This document shows positions 14,379 through 28,466 of a stretch of 64,000 nucleotides of DNA, piece by piece. How positions within the stretch are numbered: the stretch's first letter is position 1; each line of letters starts with the position of its first letter. The notes beneath the pieces are model-generated. The model was not told the DNA's origin. It worked only from the letters and a program-made list of their open reading frames with translations, and did no database searches. Made by a program: the position numbers and the translations under genes. Source of the DNA: the human T2T-CHM13v2.0 reference genome, Homo sapiens; the NCBI RefSeq assembly GCF_009914755.1, contig NC_060927.1; one strand, given 5' to 3'.

Positions 14379-15037
14379 AAGGAATGTTAATGTGCAATAT
14401 TAGCCAGAATTAGAAATACTTTGAATTTCCTGAACAGCTCATTTCCTAATTAATTTTCTTACATTTGTTCTTTTATAGCTTTATATTTGTATTGCTCTTT
14501 CATCATTTAAGGTATCAGGCATTTTATGCATTTATTGTATTTTCTCTTTCTTGCACCTGAAGCCTCCACGAAGGTAGTGAATCTCATCTGGCAGCTGAAG
14601 CCTCCATGAAGGTAGTGAATCTCATCTGCTTGGTTTAGTTTCTAGAACTAAACTTTAGTTTCTAGAAAAGATCTATTATTGAGTTGATGCTCAAAATATA
14701 TTTTTGTTGCCAATGCAATAATAAACAAAAGCATATTTTCAGTGGTCTATGTGTTTACAGAGACTCATATGTTAGGTTTTTTACCTATGGTAATAAATAC
14801 CAATGTAAAAACGTAAGATAAAAATAAGTCCTCTTGCAGTGACATTGTTATGATCATTAGTTGTTTATATGACATTAAAAGTCAAATCATATTCTCCCCT
14901 TGGAGTACGCATGTGTGACTGGAGAATGCATTAATACATCAATTATTTATTTTGCCCTGTATCTTTTCTTCTTTTTTCCACAAAGACAGTCGTGCCTTCT
15001 TGACTCTTGAAAGCTCAGAGATTTAAATTACAGACCA

Positions 15038-18000
15038 GATTCAGCACAAGATGGCTGACTAGATGCAGCCAGGAAGCACCTCTTCCACTAAGAGAGACAA
15101 AAATATTGAGTAAACTAACATATTGTGAACAGATGTTGTAAGAGAAAACTCTGAGAGCCAACAGAGAAGTGACACAGACTCTGAGGCTAAAGAGGAAGGA
15201 AGCTGGGAGCCCTGCACGGGGTCGCTGAGCACCAGAACTGGCTCCTGATCCTAAGCAGCTCTTAAGGAAGGCTGAGTGAAGCGATGGCAGGGCAACTTAT
15301 TCTCTTTTAGACCTCGGGGATCTTCACTGCAGGAGATCCCATGACTTCCATAGACATTTGAATTGGCAGCAGGATCTATACCCAGAGAGTAGGCAGAGAT
15401 GGAGCTGGAACCTGCACGTAGCCCAGGGAGTTTTGCACATGGGGCTGTTGTAGCAAAATGTGGCCATGAGTGCCCATCCCCTAAGGCTCTCCATCTTCCT
15501 TGAACTGACTCTAACCACTAACTCTGGGCCAGGAGAGAGTAGGGCTGTCTTTCCTGCAAGACTGGGACACATTGGCTCTGTGTACCCACCTGTCTAAGGC
15601 TCCTGCCTGAACACTCCTGCAAGAACATATAGACAGTACAGCATCGACTGCCCAGCCTGAGTACTTTGCTGGTATCCCGAGAGCACATCAGCCCTTATAG
15701 CACAGACTGACTCTGAGGATCCAGGGGACAAAAGCTGACAGCCCAGTCCTAACACCAAGGGTTAGAGCTCAGGAGTGCTGAGCTGAAATCTGTGTCTGGC
15801 ACTTGAGAGGAGGAAGAGTCCCTACTCTCAGAACACTGAGAAGAGTGAGATGCAAGTTTATGGACTGGTGTGGTAGCTGGGTATGCCTCCCTCTACAAGG
15901 CCAGTCTAGGAAGAATGTGACCTGCCTGCTAGCCACAACCTGTCCCTAAGGGAGCACCACAGCCTGGAACACCTAATAACTCAGCAATCTGGGTGCAGAA
16001 GGCTTGGAAAAAACTAGCAGGTCAGACCAGATTCTGGGGCAGCCACCAGAAGGAGACCTGGTCAAGGGAGAGTTAGTTAAGTAGTCCCCACAGCTGTCTG
16101 CTCAGCAAAACAAAAACCATGGGCTGTGGGTGCCACACCAGCTACATGCCCATGGCAACGCCGTCCCTCCTGGAGATTCCCTCCCCTTGAATTACTGCAT
16201 CAACAGATGGCCTGCAGACATACCACAATCTGCTCTGATTCTGCTAAGCATAGAGGACCAGCATGCCTCTGGAGTGCTGCAGGTCTCCTGGCAATCTACA
16301 TTTCAGCTTGGGCTGGTCTCAGGGAGGGGAACACAGCTGGCTAGTACACCCTTGGGGCTAAGGAAACACAGAGGTAGTGCCAGCAATTGGAGGGTGATCC
16401 CATAAGGCCTGGGAATGGACCTGGCAAGGGGGTCGTTGCACCCTATTATCTCCCCAAATGCAGAGCAATGCTGAGTATGCACTGAAATGCAGAACTTTGG
16501 AGCTGAGCGAGAATCTATGTGCCAGCCATTACTTTTAAGCACCATCCACTGGATCACAGCTTGAATTACACCACCACCAAGATCCTTCCTGTATACATTG
16601 CCTGTGAAACCTAATGCAGGAATGTAGCCACAAATGAAGATTCCAAACATAGCCTTAACTCACTGAAAACACTCAGAAATGAAGCCAATCAACTATACTC
16701 AATTTAATATAAAAACAAAAATTTGCATCCAAGTAACAGCAAATTCAAAAAGATAAAGCAACATCCCAGCCCTTTCAGATGAGAAAGAATCAGGGCAAGA
16801 TAACTCTGGCAACTCAAAAACCAGGGTGTCTCCTTACTTTCGAATGATCACACTAGCTCCCCAGCAATGGCTCTTAAACAAATTAAAACAGTTAAAGTGA
16901 CAGACATAGTATACAGAATCTGGATGGCAAGGAAGCTCAATAAGATCCCGGAGACAGTTGAAACCCAATTCAAGGAAGCCTGTAAAACAACCCAAGAGCT
17001 GAAAGGCGACACAGCCATGTTAAGAAAGAACTTCTTAAATTGAAAAATTCACTATAGAAATTTCAAGTCATAGTTGGAAACATTAACAACAGAATAGATC
17101 AAGCTGAGCAAAAATCTCAGAGCTCAAAGACAAGTCCTTCTAATCAACTCGGTCAGGCAAAAATAAAAAAAAAATGTTTTTAATGAACGAAGCCTCTGAG
17201 AGATACAGAATTATGTAGAGACCAAACCTATGACTCATTGGCAGGCCTGAGAGAGAAGGAGAGAGGAAGCACTTTGCAAAACATATTTGAGGCTATAGTC
17301 TACAAAAATTTTCTCAATCTCACTAGAGAGGTAGACATGTAAATTTAATAAATTTAGAGAATCCCTGCTAGGTACTATACAATACAACCATTCCCAAGAT
17401 TTATAATCATCAGTCTTTCCCAAGGTCAACATGAAAAAAAAAGTAAAGGCAAGTAAAGAAAAGGTTCAGGTCACTTAAAAAGGGAATCCCATCAGGCTAG
17501 CAGTAGACCTCTCAGCAGAAACTTTACAAGCCAGAAGAGATAGGACCTATTTTTAGCATAATTTAAAAAATTCCAACCAGGAATTTAATTAATGTCTGGC
17601 CAATATTTCTCATAGGTTTCATAAGCGAAGAAGAAATAAAATCCTTTTTGGAGAAGGAATGGCTAAGGGAACTCATTACTACTAGAACACCATTGCAAGA
17701 GGCCCTTAAGGGAGTGCTTACACATGGAAATGAAAGAACAATACCTGCCACCACAAAAACACACTTAAGTACATAGCCCACAGACACTATAAAGGAACTA
17801 CACAATCAAGTTACAAGATAACCAGATAACCAGATAACAACATGACAATAGGATCAAAGTTTCACATATCAATATAAACCTTCAATGTAAATGGCCTAAA
17901 TGCCCCACTAAAAAGGCATAGAGTGGCAAGTTAAAAGAAAAATTCAGACCCAACTGTCGGCTATCTTAAAGAGACCCAGCTCACATGTAACAACACACAC

Positions 18001-21000
18001 AAGCTCAAAGTTAAAGGATGAAGAAAGACCCATCTTGCAAATGGAAAACAAAAGAGAGAAGGGGTGGCTATTCTTATATCAGATAAAATAGACATTAAAG
18101 CAATAAAAGTAAAAAAGGACAAAGGAGGGCATTACATAATGTCAATGGGTTCAATTCAACGAGACAATTTAATTATCCTAAATATGTATACACCCAACCC
18201 TGGAGCACCTAGATTCAAAAACAAATTCTTCTAGACCTACAAAAAGACTTAGATAGCCACACAATAATAATGGGAGACCTCAATACCCCACTAACAGTGT
18301 TAGAGAGATCATCAAGGCAGAAAACTAACAAAAAGAATTCTGAACTTAAACTTGATACTTGACCAATTGGACCTAATAAACATGTACAGAATACTGAAAC
18401 TAACAACCACAGAATATACATTCTTCTCATCTGCACACAGAACATAATCTAAATTGACCACATGCTTGGCCATAAGCGAGTCACAACAAATTTAAAAAAA
18501 TCAAGATCATACCAAGCACCTTCTTGGACCACAGTTCAATAAAATAGAAATCAATACCAGGAATATCTCCAGGGTTCACATAGTTACATGGAAATTAAAT
18601 GACATGCTTCTAAATGACTTGGGTAAAAAATAAAATTAGGCAAAAATTTAAAAGTTCTTTGAAATTAATGAAAATTGAGACACAACATACCAAAATCTTT
18701 GGAATGTAACTAAGGCAAGGTTAAGAGGAAAATTTATAGCACCCAACATTTACATCAGGAAGTTAGAAAGATCTCAAATTAACAATCTAACATTGCACCT
18801 GGAGGAACTAGAAAAACAAGAACAAACTAAGCAGAAGAAAAACTAGCAGAAGAAAAGAAATAACCGAAATCAGGAGAAGTGAACAAAATTGAGACTCAAA
18901 AATCTACACAAAAGATCAACTAAACCAAAAGTTAGTTCCTTGGAACTATAAACAAGATTGTTAGGCTTCTAGCTAGATTAACAAAAAAAGAGAGAAGATC
19001 CAAATAAGCACAACCTGGAATGAAAAAAATGACACTACAACTAATCACACATAGATACAAAAGATCCTCAGAGACTATTATGAACATCTTTATACACACA
19101 GATTAGGAAATCTAGAGGAAATAGATAAATACCTGGAACCACACAACCTCCCAAGATTTAACTAGGAGAAAATTGAAAACCAAAACAGGCCAATAACAAG
19201 TTCAGAAATTGAATCAATAACAAAAACCTACCAACCATTAATGCCCCAGACTACATGAATTCACAGCCAAGTTCTACCAGACTATATAAAAAAGAGCTGC
19301 TTCTAATACTACTGAAACTATTCCAAAAAATTGAGGAGGAGGGACTCCTCCCTGACTCATTCTATGAAGCAAGCATTATCCTCATTCAAAAATCTGGCAG
19401 AGACACAACGGAAAAGAAAAGTTCAGGCCAATATCCTTGATAAGCCTAGATGCAAAAATTCTTAACAAAATACTAGCAAACCAAATTCAGGAGCACATCA
19501 AAAGCTAATTTACCATGATCAATTCTGCTTTATTCCTGGGATACAATGTTGGCTCAACATGTGCAAATCAACAAATGTGATTCACGACATAAACAGAATT
19601 AAAAACAAAGCCACATCATCATCTCAATAGATGCAGAAAAAGATTCTATAAAATCCAACATTTCTTCATGTTAAAAACCCTCAAGAAACTCTCAAGGCAT
19701 TGAAGGCACATATCTAAAAATAACAAGTGCCGTCTATGTCAAGCCCACAGCCAACATTATACTGAATGCGCAAAGGCTGGAACCATTCTCCTTGAGAAGT
19801 AGAAAAAGACAAGAATATCCACTCTCACCACTCCTATTTAACACAGTACTGGAAGTCCCATATGAGTAATCGGGCAATAGAAATAAACAAAAGGCATCCA
19901 AATAGAAAAATAAATCAAAGTATCTCTCTTTTCTGACAATATGATTCTATATAAAGAAAACTCTAAAAACTGCCAAAAGGTTTCTATTAATAGAACTGAT
20001 AAACAACTTCAATAAAGTTTGAGGATACAAAAATTAATGCACAAAAATCAGTAGGATTTTTATACACCAATATGTTCAAGCTGAGAGCCAAATGAAGAAT
20101 GCAATCCCATTAACTATAGCCAGAAAAAGAATAAAATACCAAGAAATACATGTAACCATGGAGGTGAAAGATTTCTAAAAGGAGTACTACAAAATACTGC
20201 TGAAAACAATTGTAGGTGACACAAAGAAATGAAGAAAAAACATTTATTTTATGATTAAACACTTTATGCTAATGGATTAGAAGAATCCATATTATTAAAA
20301 TGACCATACTGCCAAATCAATCTACAGATTCAATCCTATTTCTATCAAACTACCAATGTCATTTTTCACAGAACTGGAAAAAACTATCAAAAAATTCATA
20401 GAGAACAAAAAAGAGCCCAAATAGCCAAAGCAAACGTAAGCAAAAAGAACAAAGCTAGAGGCATCACATTAGCCAACTTCAAACTATAAGACTACAAAAA
20501 CCAAAACAGCATAGTACTGGTACACGAACAACACATAGGCCAATACGACAGAATAGAAAACCCAGAAATAAAGGCACAAACCTCCAATCATCTGAACTTT
20601 GACAAAGTTGATGAAAATATTCAATAAATGATGCTGGGTAACTGGGTAGCCATATGCAGAAGATTGAAACTGGACTACTTCTTTATACTGTATACAAAAA
20701 TTAACTCAAGATGGGTTAAAGACTTACATATAAGATGTTAAACTATAACAATTCTAGAAGAAAACCTAGCAAATACCCTTCTCAATATCAACTGTGGCAA
20801 AGAATTCATGGCTAAGTACTCAAAAACAATGGCAACAGAAACAAAAATTGACAAGTGGGAACTAATTAAACTAAAGGGGTTCTTCACAGCAAGAGAAACT
20901 TTCAAGGACTTAGACAACCTACAGAAGGGAGAAAATGTTCACAAACTGCATCCAACAAAGGTGTAATATCCAGAATCTCTAAGGAACTTCAACAAATCAA

Positions 21001-21847
21001 CAAGCAAAATAACAACCCCATTACAAATAGGTAAAGGACATGAAGAGATACTTCTCAAAAGAAGACATACAAGTGGCCAAAAAACATGAAAAATGTTCAT
21101 CATCACTAGTCATCAAAGAAATGCAAATCAAAACCATAATACCATCTCACACTAGTCAAAATGGCTTCTGTTAAAAAGTTTAAAAAGTAACAGATGTTGA
21201 CAAGCCTGTGGAGAAAATGAGCACTTATACCCTGTTTGTTGAAAGGTAAATTAGTTCAGCCACTGAGGACAGTAGTTCAGCCATGGCTCAAAGAATTAAG
21301 AGTTGAACTACCATTTGACCCGCCATTCTATTAGTGATTAGATACTGAAATGAAGATAAATCGTTCTACCAAAAGAACACATGCATGCTTATGTTCATCA
21401 CAGTGTTATGTACAAGAACAAAGATGTGTAATCAACCTAGGTGTCCATCAGGAGAGGGTTGGATCAAGAGAATGTGGTATATATATATCACTGAATACTA
21501 TGCAGCCATAAAAAGGAAGCAAATCATGTCCTTTGCAGCAACATGAATGCTGCTGGCAACAATTATACCAAGCAAACTGAAACAAAAACAGACAACCAAA
21601 TACTGCCTGTTCTCACTGAACATTGGGTACACATGTACATAAATATGGGAACAATAGAAACGGGAATACAAAAGCAGGAGAGAGGGAGGGCAATAAGAGT
21701 TGAAAAACCATCTCTTGGGTGCTATGTTCACTACCTGAGTGACAGATTTATTTGTACATCAAATTTCAGCATAACTTAATAGACCTTTGAAACAAACTTG
21801 CACATGTCCTTCCTGAATCTAAAATAAAAGTTGAAAAAATAAATAAA
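15038..21847 (+). mobile_element. Full-length old LINE-1 (L1PA15/16-like), decayed ORF1 (~16779-17768) and ORF2 (~17842-21600), 14-bp TSD
   Basis: 5' CAAGATGGCTGACTAGATGCAGCCAGG. EN and RT remnants (e.g. ORF 19255-19440). 3' ...CTGAATCTAAAATAAAAGTTGAAAAAATAAATAAA. TSD TAAATTACAG(A/G)CCA at 15024-15037 and 21848-21861. Confidence 0.92.
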
Positions 21848-21937
21848 TAAATTACAGGCCAAATGGAGTCATTCACAGCAAGAAGCTATCTCCTTTTTAA
21901 ATATATTTCCTAAAGTGTGAGCTATTAAAATATAGTT

Positions 21938-22325
21938 GTAGGTAGGCAATGGGGCTTTACATAAACGTTTTGTTCTCTCTCTGGAAACATTGGTGAGATT
22001 GTATTTCTCTACTGCATTGAATTCAGTCATACTTTTATGATTTCTTCGGCAATGAAATGTGAGCACTGGAGATAGTTTTTATTTGCAGGTGGAAGGTGGA
22101 AATTTAAAAAGTCAGTGCTTATTTTCCACATTTTCTTCTTGTTTTTCCATCCATTGTTACTTGCAATGTTCCAGGGGGTTACTGTTTTGATATTCTAGAT
22201 CCCAAAATGGGGATAGTAGGGATGCAGAACAGTGCCCAGCCTCCCAAAATAGACATAGCGTGAGCAAAAAATAAACCACTGAGATCTGGGGTTTTGTAAT
22301 GCTACAGCACAACTTCATCTCTCTC
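21938..22325 (+). mobile_element. MLT1I/J-like LTR
   Basis: GGCAATGAAATGTGAGCA and TAGCGTGAGCAAAAAATAAACCACTGAGATCTGGGG...TACAGCACAAC. Confidence 0.6.
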
Positions 22326-22394
22326 TGGGGAGACAATTATCCAGCTGGGAACACAGGGAGAGGAATTCCCTTAAGATTCATCAGGATCAATTAG

Positions 22395-22522
22395 TAATAT
22401 TATCTTGATTATGGTGATGGTTTAATGGGTTTATACATATGTCAAAGCTTATTAAGTTGTATACTTTAAATATGCAGTTTATTGTATTTCAATAATAGGT
22501 TACTAGAACTGTTTTTAAAAAA
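22395..22522 (+). mobile_element. L1M 3'UTR fragment
   Basis: TATCTTGATTATGGTGATGGTTT...TTGTATACTTTAAATATGCAGTTTATTGTAT. Confidence 0.65.
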
Positions 22523-22882
22523 GGGTTAATAAAGAGACATGCTCTGAGACTGGAGAAGGAGCAGGCAATTGTAGTTTTCATCAAATTCAGCCTTACATTT
22601 GCTGTACAGCAATGCCCAGGCTAATAACATGATCTTTGATAACAGTAAGCGTGTAGGCTGGCTGCAGTCCAAGCTTGGCATTGAAACTGGGTCTGAAGTA
22701 CCTACAAGAGTTGAGATAGTGGGAATTTTAAAGATGACTAAACTGAACATATTACCTCTAACTCAAGAAACTGCTCAATGCCTTGGAATAACAATGTAGT
22801 GCAGATATAAGACCTACGCAAATTAAATATAACACTAGGTAAAGAGTTTATGTAATGGAGTAAGGTATATGTCAGAAGTCAG

Positions 22883-22886
<4 letters not shown>

Positions 22887-22915
<29 letters not shown>
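22887..22915. repeat. (CA)n microsatellite, ~14 units
   Basis: Read directly. Confidence 0.95.
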
Positions 22916-22918
<3 letters not shown>

Positions 22919-22972
22919 CACATATACTTCCTTAGTACTTAAATACTTTATCCCATTACATTATGTAAGTAA

Positions 22973-25231
22973 TGTATTAATCCATTTTCACACTGCTAAT
23001 AAAGACATACCTGAGACTGAGAAGAAAAATAAGTTTAACGGACTCACAGTTCCATGTGGCTGGAGCAGCCTCACAATCATGGTGGAAGGTGAAAGGCACT
23101 TCTTACATGGTGGGGGCAATAGAGAACAAGAAAGAAGTGCAAGTAGAAACCTCTCATAAAACCATCAGATCTTGTGAGACTTACTCACTACCACAAGAAC
23201 AGTATGGGGGAAATCCTCCCTATGATTCAATTATCTCCCACCAGGACCCTCCCACAACATGTGGGAATTATGAGAGTAGAATTCACGATGAGATTTGGGT
23301 GGGGACATAGAGCTAAACCATATCATTCTGCCCCTGGGCCCTGCCAAATCTCATGCTCTCACATTTTAAAACCAATCATGCCTTCCCAACAGTCCCCCAA
23401 TTTTAACTCATTTCAGCATTAACGCAAAGCCCACAGTCCAAAGTTTTATCTGACACAAGGCAAATCCTTTCTGCCTATGAGTCTGTAATATCAAAAGCAA
23501 GTTATTTACTTCCTAGTTACAAAGAAGGTACAGGCATTGGATAAATACAGCCATTCAAAATGGGAGAAATTGGCCAAAACAACGGGGATACAGGCTCCAT
23601 GCAAGTCTGAAGTCCAGCAGGGCAGTCAAATCTTAAAGCTCTAAAATGATCCCCTTTGACTCCATGTCTCACATTCAGGTCATGCTGATGCAAGAGGTGG
23701 GTTCCCATGGCCTTGAGCAGCTCTGCCCCTGTGGCATTGAGGGTATAGCCCCCTTCCTGGCTGCTTTTATGGGCTGGCACCAAGTGTCTGTGGCTTTTCC
23801 AGGCATATGGTACAAGCTGTAAGTGGATCTATCATTCTGGGGTCTGGAGGACAGTGGCCCCCTTCTCACAGCTCCACTAGGTGGTGTCCCAGTAGGGACC
23901 CTATGTGGTGGCTCTGACCCCACATTTCCCTTCCACACTGCCCTTGCAGAGGTTCTCCATGAGGGCCCCACCCCTGCAGCAAACTTCTGCCTGGGCATCC
24001 AGGCATTTCCATACATCCTCTGAAATCTAGGCAGTGGTTCCCAAATCTCAATTCTTGACTTCTATGTACCCGTAGGCTCAACACCATATGGAAGCTGCCA
24101 AGGCTGGGGCTTCCACCATCTGAAGCAACAGCCCAAGCTGTACCTTTGCCCCTTTTAGTCATGACTGCAGCAGCTGGGACACAGGGCACCAAGTCCCTAG
24201 ACTGCATACAGAGGAAGGACCATTTTTTTCCTCCTAAACCTCCAGGCTTGTGATAGGAGGGGCTGTTGCAAAAATCTCTGACATGCCCTGGAGACATTTT
24301 CCCCATTGTCTTGGTGATTCACATTTGGCTTCCTGTTACTTATGCAAATTTCTGCAGCAGGCTTGAATTTCTCCTCAGAAAATGGGATTTTCTTTTCTAT
24401 CATCACATTGTCAGGTTGCAAATATTCCAAACTTTTATGGTCTGTTTCTTTTTTAAAACTGAATGCCTTTAATGGCACCCAACTCACACCTAGAATGCTT
24501 CGCTGCTTAGAAATTTCGTCTGCCAGATACCCTAAGTCATTGCTCTCAAGTTCAAAGTTCCACAAATCTCTAGGGCAGGGGCAAAATGCCACCAGTCTCT
24601 TTGCTAAAACATAATGAAACTCACCTTCACTCCAGTTCCCAACAAGTTTCTTATCTCCATCTGAGACCACCGCAGCCTGGATTTCATTGTTCATATAATT
24701 ATCAGCATTTTGGTCAAAGCCATTCAACAAGTCTCGAGGGAGTTCCAAATCTTCCCACATTTTCTTGTCTTCTTTGAGCCCTCCAAACTGTTCCAACTTC
24801 TGCCTGTTACCCAGTTCCAAAGTTGCTTCCACATTTTCAGGTACTTCTTCAGCAGCACCCCACTCTACTGGTACCAAGTTAGTGTATTAGTCCATTTTCA
24901 CACTGCTGATAAAGGCATACCCAAGACTGGGAAGAAAAATATGTTTAATGGGCTCACAATTCCATGTGGCTGGGGAAGCCTCACAATCATGGTGGAAGGT
25001 GAAAGGCACTTGTTACATGACAGTGGCAAGAGAGAATTAGAGGCAAAAGTGGAAACCTCTTATAAAACCATCAGATCTCATGAGACTTATTCATTACCAC
25101 AAGAACAGTATGGGGGAAATCACCCCCATGATTCAATTATCTCCCACTGGGTCCCTCCCACAACATGTGGGAATTATGGGAGTACAATTCAAGATGGGGT
25201 TTGGGTGGGGACACAGAGCCAAATCATATCA
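22973..25231 (-). mobile_element. Complete THE1C-like MaLR provirus: LTR 22973-23325, internal 23326-24882, LTR 24883-25231
   Basis: Two homologous ~350-bp LTRs (TGTATTA.TCCATTTTCACACTGCT...CATATCA). THE1-internal ORF remnant. 5-bp TSD AGTAA / AGTAG at 22968-22972 and 25232-25236. Confidence 0.93.
23517..24760 (-). pseudogene. MaLR (THE1-int) internal ORF remnant
   Basis: ATG at 24760 gives MWEDLELPRDLLNGFDQNAD..., open for 187 codons to 24197. It continues in shifted frames (ORFs 23866-24306, 23675-24016, 23517-23783). Confidence 0.85.
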
Positions 25232-25544
25232 AGTAGTAAGTCAAGGGAAGACAAATATATGTGTTTGTGTTGTATTTAAAATTAGCAGTGTCTTTACACC
25301 TATTTTCTCTCACTGGAAAACTAAAAACACTCTGAGGTTGGTAGGACCCATGAAATTATTACTGTTTCACCTCTGAAGACACAGACACTTGAAGAAACTA
25401 TCTTAGTTTACCCCAGGCCGCATAGTTTCCATGGAGCAAAAGAGCCTCATATCCCATAAAACCTTTTTTTCTAGCTGAAATTAAAGTTTATAATAATCAA
25501 TTGTTTGCTTTGTTTCCTGGGAGTGAAACAAAAAACACAGATTG

Positions 25545-25700
25545 ATAGAGTTCTAAGGCTGGAAGGGTATTTGGAGATCATTTGGTGAATCTCACTCACT
25601 ATATAATAGGAGAAGCTCATAGCAATGTTGAAACTCAACCAAATTTTTCACCTGATTAATACTAGAACCAGGGCAGAAATCGTTCAAAGTTCCCTAATCC
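25545..25700 (-). mobile_element. MIR3/MIRc-like fragment
   Basis: AGAGTTCTAAGGCTGGAAGGGTATTTGGAGATCATTTGGT...CTAGAACCAGG. Confidence 0.5.
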
Positions 25701-27340
25701 TTTGCCTATTTAATTCATTCTGAGTTGATAACACTGAATGAAAATCCCACATTGACTTCCAAGTGGCTGGCTTTAACTGTCGTTCTGCTTTTCACCCATA
25801 GCTTCCCAAATTGGCTTCATCAAAGAGACCAAAAGGCACTTGTAGCATTACAAATGAATGCAAATGCCTTTTACAATGCTTTGCAGACCTAAATATCACA
25901 GTTTTTTTCAACACTTTAAAAATTGAATTAACGTATACTGCCTTTTCTTAACTTGAGATTTCTACCATGAGATTTCCAATGAAAGAAAAATTACTTAATG
26001 TGTAATTCACATGTTTTAAAGTAAACACACACACATATTAATGGCTTTTATGAGTTTCTGGAATAAATGACTGTGTTTATGTTTTTGAACAGTATATAAG
26101 CTTTATGTCTGATTTTGTGTTCTTTGCAACATGGGTTATAAAACACCATTTAAAACTTTGAATGGTACAAACTAATCAATAACAGTGCTTTGAGCCAGAG
26201 AGTGCAAGCAGAGAACCAGCACAGGTCTTTTAAGGGAAAGTGCTATTGAGGGACTGCAGAATAGCACTACAACTTGCCAGGATAATGCTGAGCTTAATCT
26301 CAGGGAGTAGTGAAAATCACTTAATGTGTGTGGCAGTGAGAAGTCTTTGTCCTCCAGTGGGGGCCAGGTTTCTATAATCAAAGCCAAGTTGAACGCTGAG
26401 AGGGAAATGAGCCTCTACTTCAAGTTCCATGAAAATCATTTCTATCCAAGTGAGGTGTATGCAGAACGGCTTCATAGAAAACGGACTGGAGATGGTTTTG
26501 AGACAAGGTTCCTCTGCTTATTGTGGAAACAGGCTCAGAAAAGTGAAAGGTCTTCAGTCTTTCAGGAAGAGTGAAAAATGTGATTTGCCTTTTGAAGACC
26601 AGCTCAAGGACATAAGAGCAGGAGGATTAAAGAAATAGAGTCAAGCGACAAAGATCACATTGTCAGATATAAGACAAGTGGAATGGAGCCAACATCAACC
26701 ATAGGGACAGTGGGAAATAAAAAGAAGGTCAAAATGAAGTGCTTAAGAGTTTAAGGAAACTGAACCAAGATTAAAATACTCTGTGGGTGATGACATTATA
26801 ACTCATTATTATTCTCCTTTTTTGGGGGGAGATTATCTGTATTTTCCACCATTCAAATAATGTATATTGTACCCATTAAGTAATTTTTTATCATCCTCCC
26901 CCATTTCTACAAAGCAAATGAAGGTTTCCATAATATGAAAAATAAAATAAAATTTATTATACAAAAAATACGCTACAGGAATGTAAGCATTTAAATTGTA
27001 ATTGGAAATCTTACTAACATGAGAGGTTCTTGCAATGATTTTACATTGTAAACCAAAAATTATGATGTGTAGGTTAAAATACATGCATATGCACACACAT
27101 TCTTCCCTTGTCAGGTATTTATTTGAAAGAGCTTCATATGTTAAAAAAATTAAATCCAATTTAGTTTTATATTCAGCGCATTGCAGATAATTATATGAAA
27201 TTATGGCATTTGTCCTGAAAAATTTGGTACAAGGGATAGCTATGTAAACTGTCTTCATTTAGCTCACAGGTATCAATGAACGTAAAGCTTATAGTTCAGT
27301 AATGCTCAAGATATGTGGTAGACATTAAGAAATATTGTAG

Positions 27341-27648
<308 letters not shown>

Positions 27649-28307
27649 TTATAGTAGAATGGTAATATTAAGAAGACCAGAGGAAGCTTATGACTTCGCT
27701 GGAAAGATAATACTGTGCACAATTGAAAGTGATATTAATAAACACCTTAATGGTTTTAAAAAATATATTGCCATTGTTTTCTCAAAGATACTGATTTTTT
27801 TAAGCTAAAAATAATCATTAGAGGAAATTTTATAGAAATTTCATACTTTAGGATAATTTTTAAATGACTATTATATGACTAAAATTTATAGAAAGTTCAG
27901 TTGGAATGTATACATTCAAAATGATTACACAAATTAAATAGGGCAGATGTAAGACTTTTCATTTCAAACATTTCCATTCATGGAATTCAACTTTTTACAG
28001 GAAGAAGTAACTACTACCCATTATTTCTTTGAATAAAAAAACTTCATTGGTTTTACTCATGATTTTAAATACATGAGTATGCCTTTGCTTTTCTAAGACC
28101 TCAGCCACCACCCTACCTTTCAAAAAAACCTTATTAAGTCATCACAAAGTATTTTGATCCAATACCTTAGGGGAATTGAATGTTTTATTCACTCACTCAA
28201 ATACAAGAACTGAATGCATCTGCTTTTATTGAATACTAACGTTATGTTATTCACTGTGTTTTTTTAAGAAAGTATGCTTACTTTTTCTTTCTGTCTATTC
28301 ACAATTT

Positions 28308-28466
28308 CAGTTTTTTAATTTTAATTTTTTTAATTATTTGCATAAGTGCATAGCATACCAGTGTAATTTTATTACATATACAAATTGTGAAGTTAGAGTT
28401 TAGGACATCCACCACTCAAATAATGTATATTGTACCCATTAAGTAATTTTTTATGATCCTCCCCCA
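28308..28466 (-). mobile_element. L1MA-type 3' end fragment
   Basis: T-rich tail, then ...CCACCACTCAAATAATGTATATTGTACCCATTAAGTAATTT, an antisense L1MA 3'UTR. Confidence 0.7.

Noticed and set aside
24710-25279. 189-aa + strand ORF
   Set aside because: It is an antisense reading of THE1 internal/LTR sequence with no coding features.
26833-27258. 141-aa ORF in AT-rich DNA (similarly 46730-47068, 13569-13883, 5910-6206)
   Set aside because: No recognisable domain, composition reflects AT-rich background, and there is no convincing splice context.
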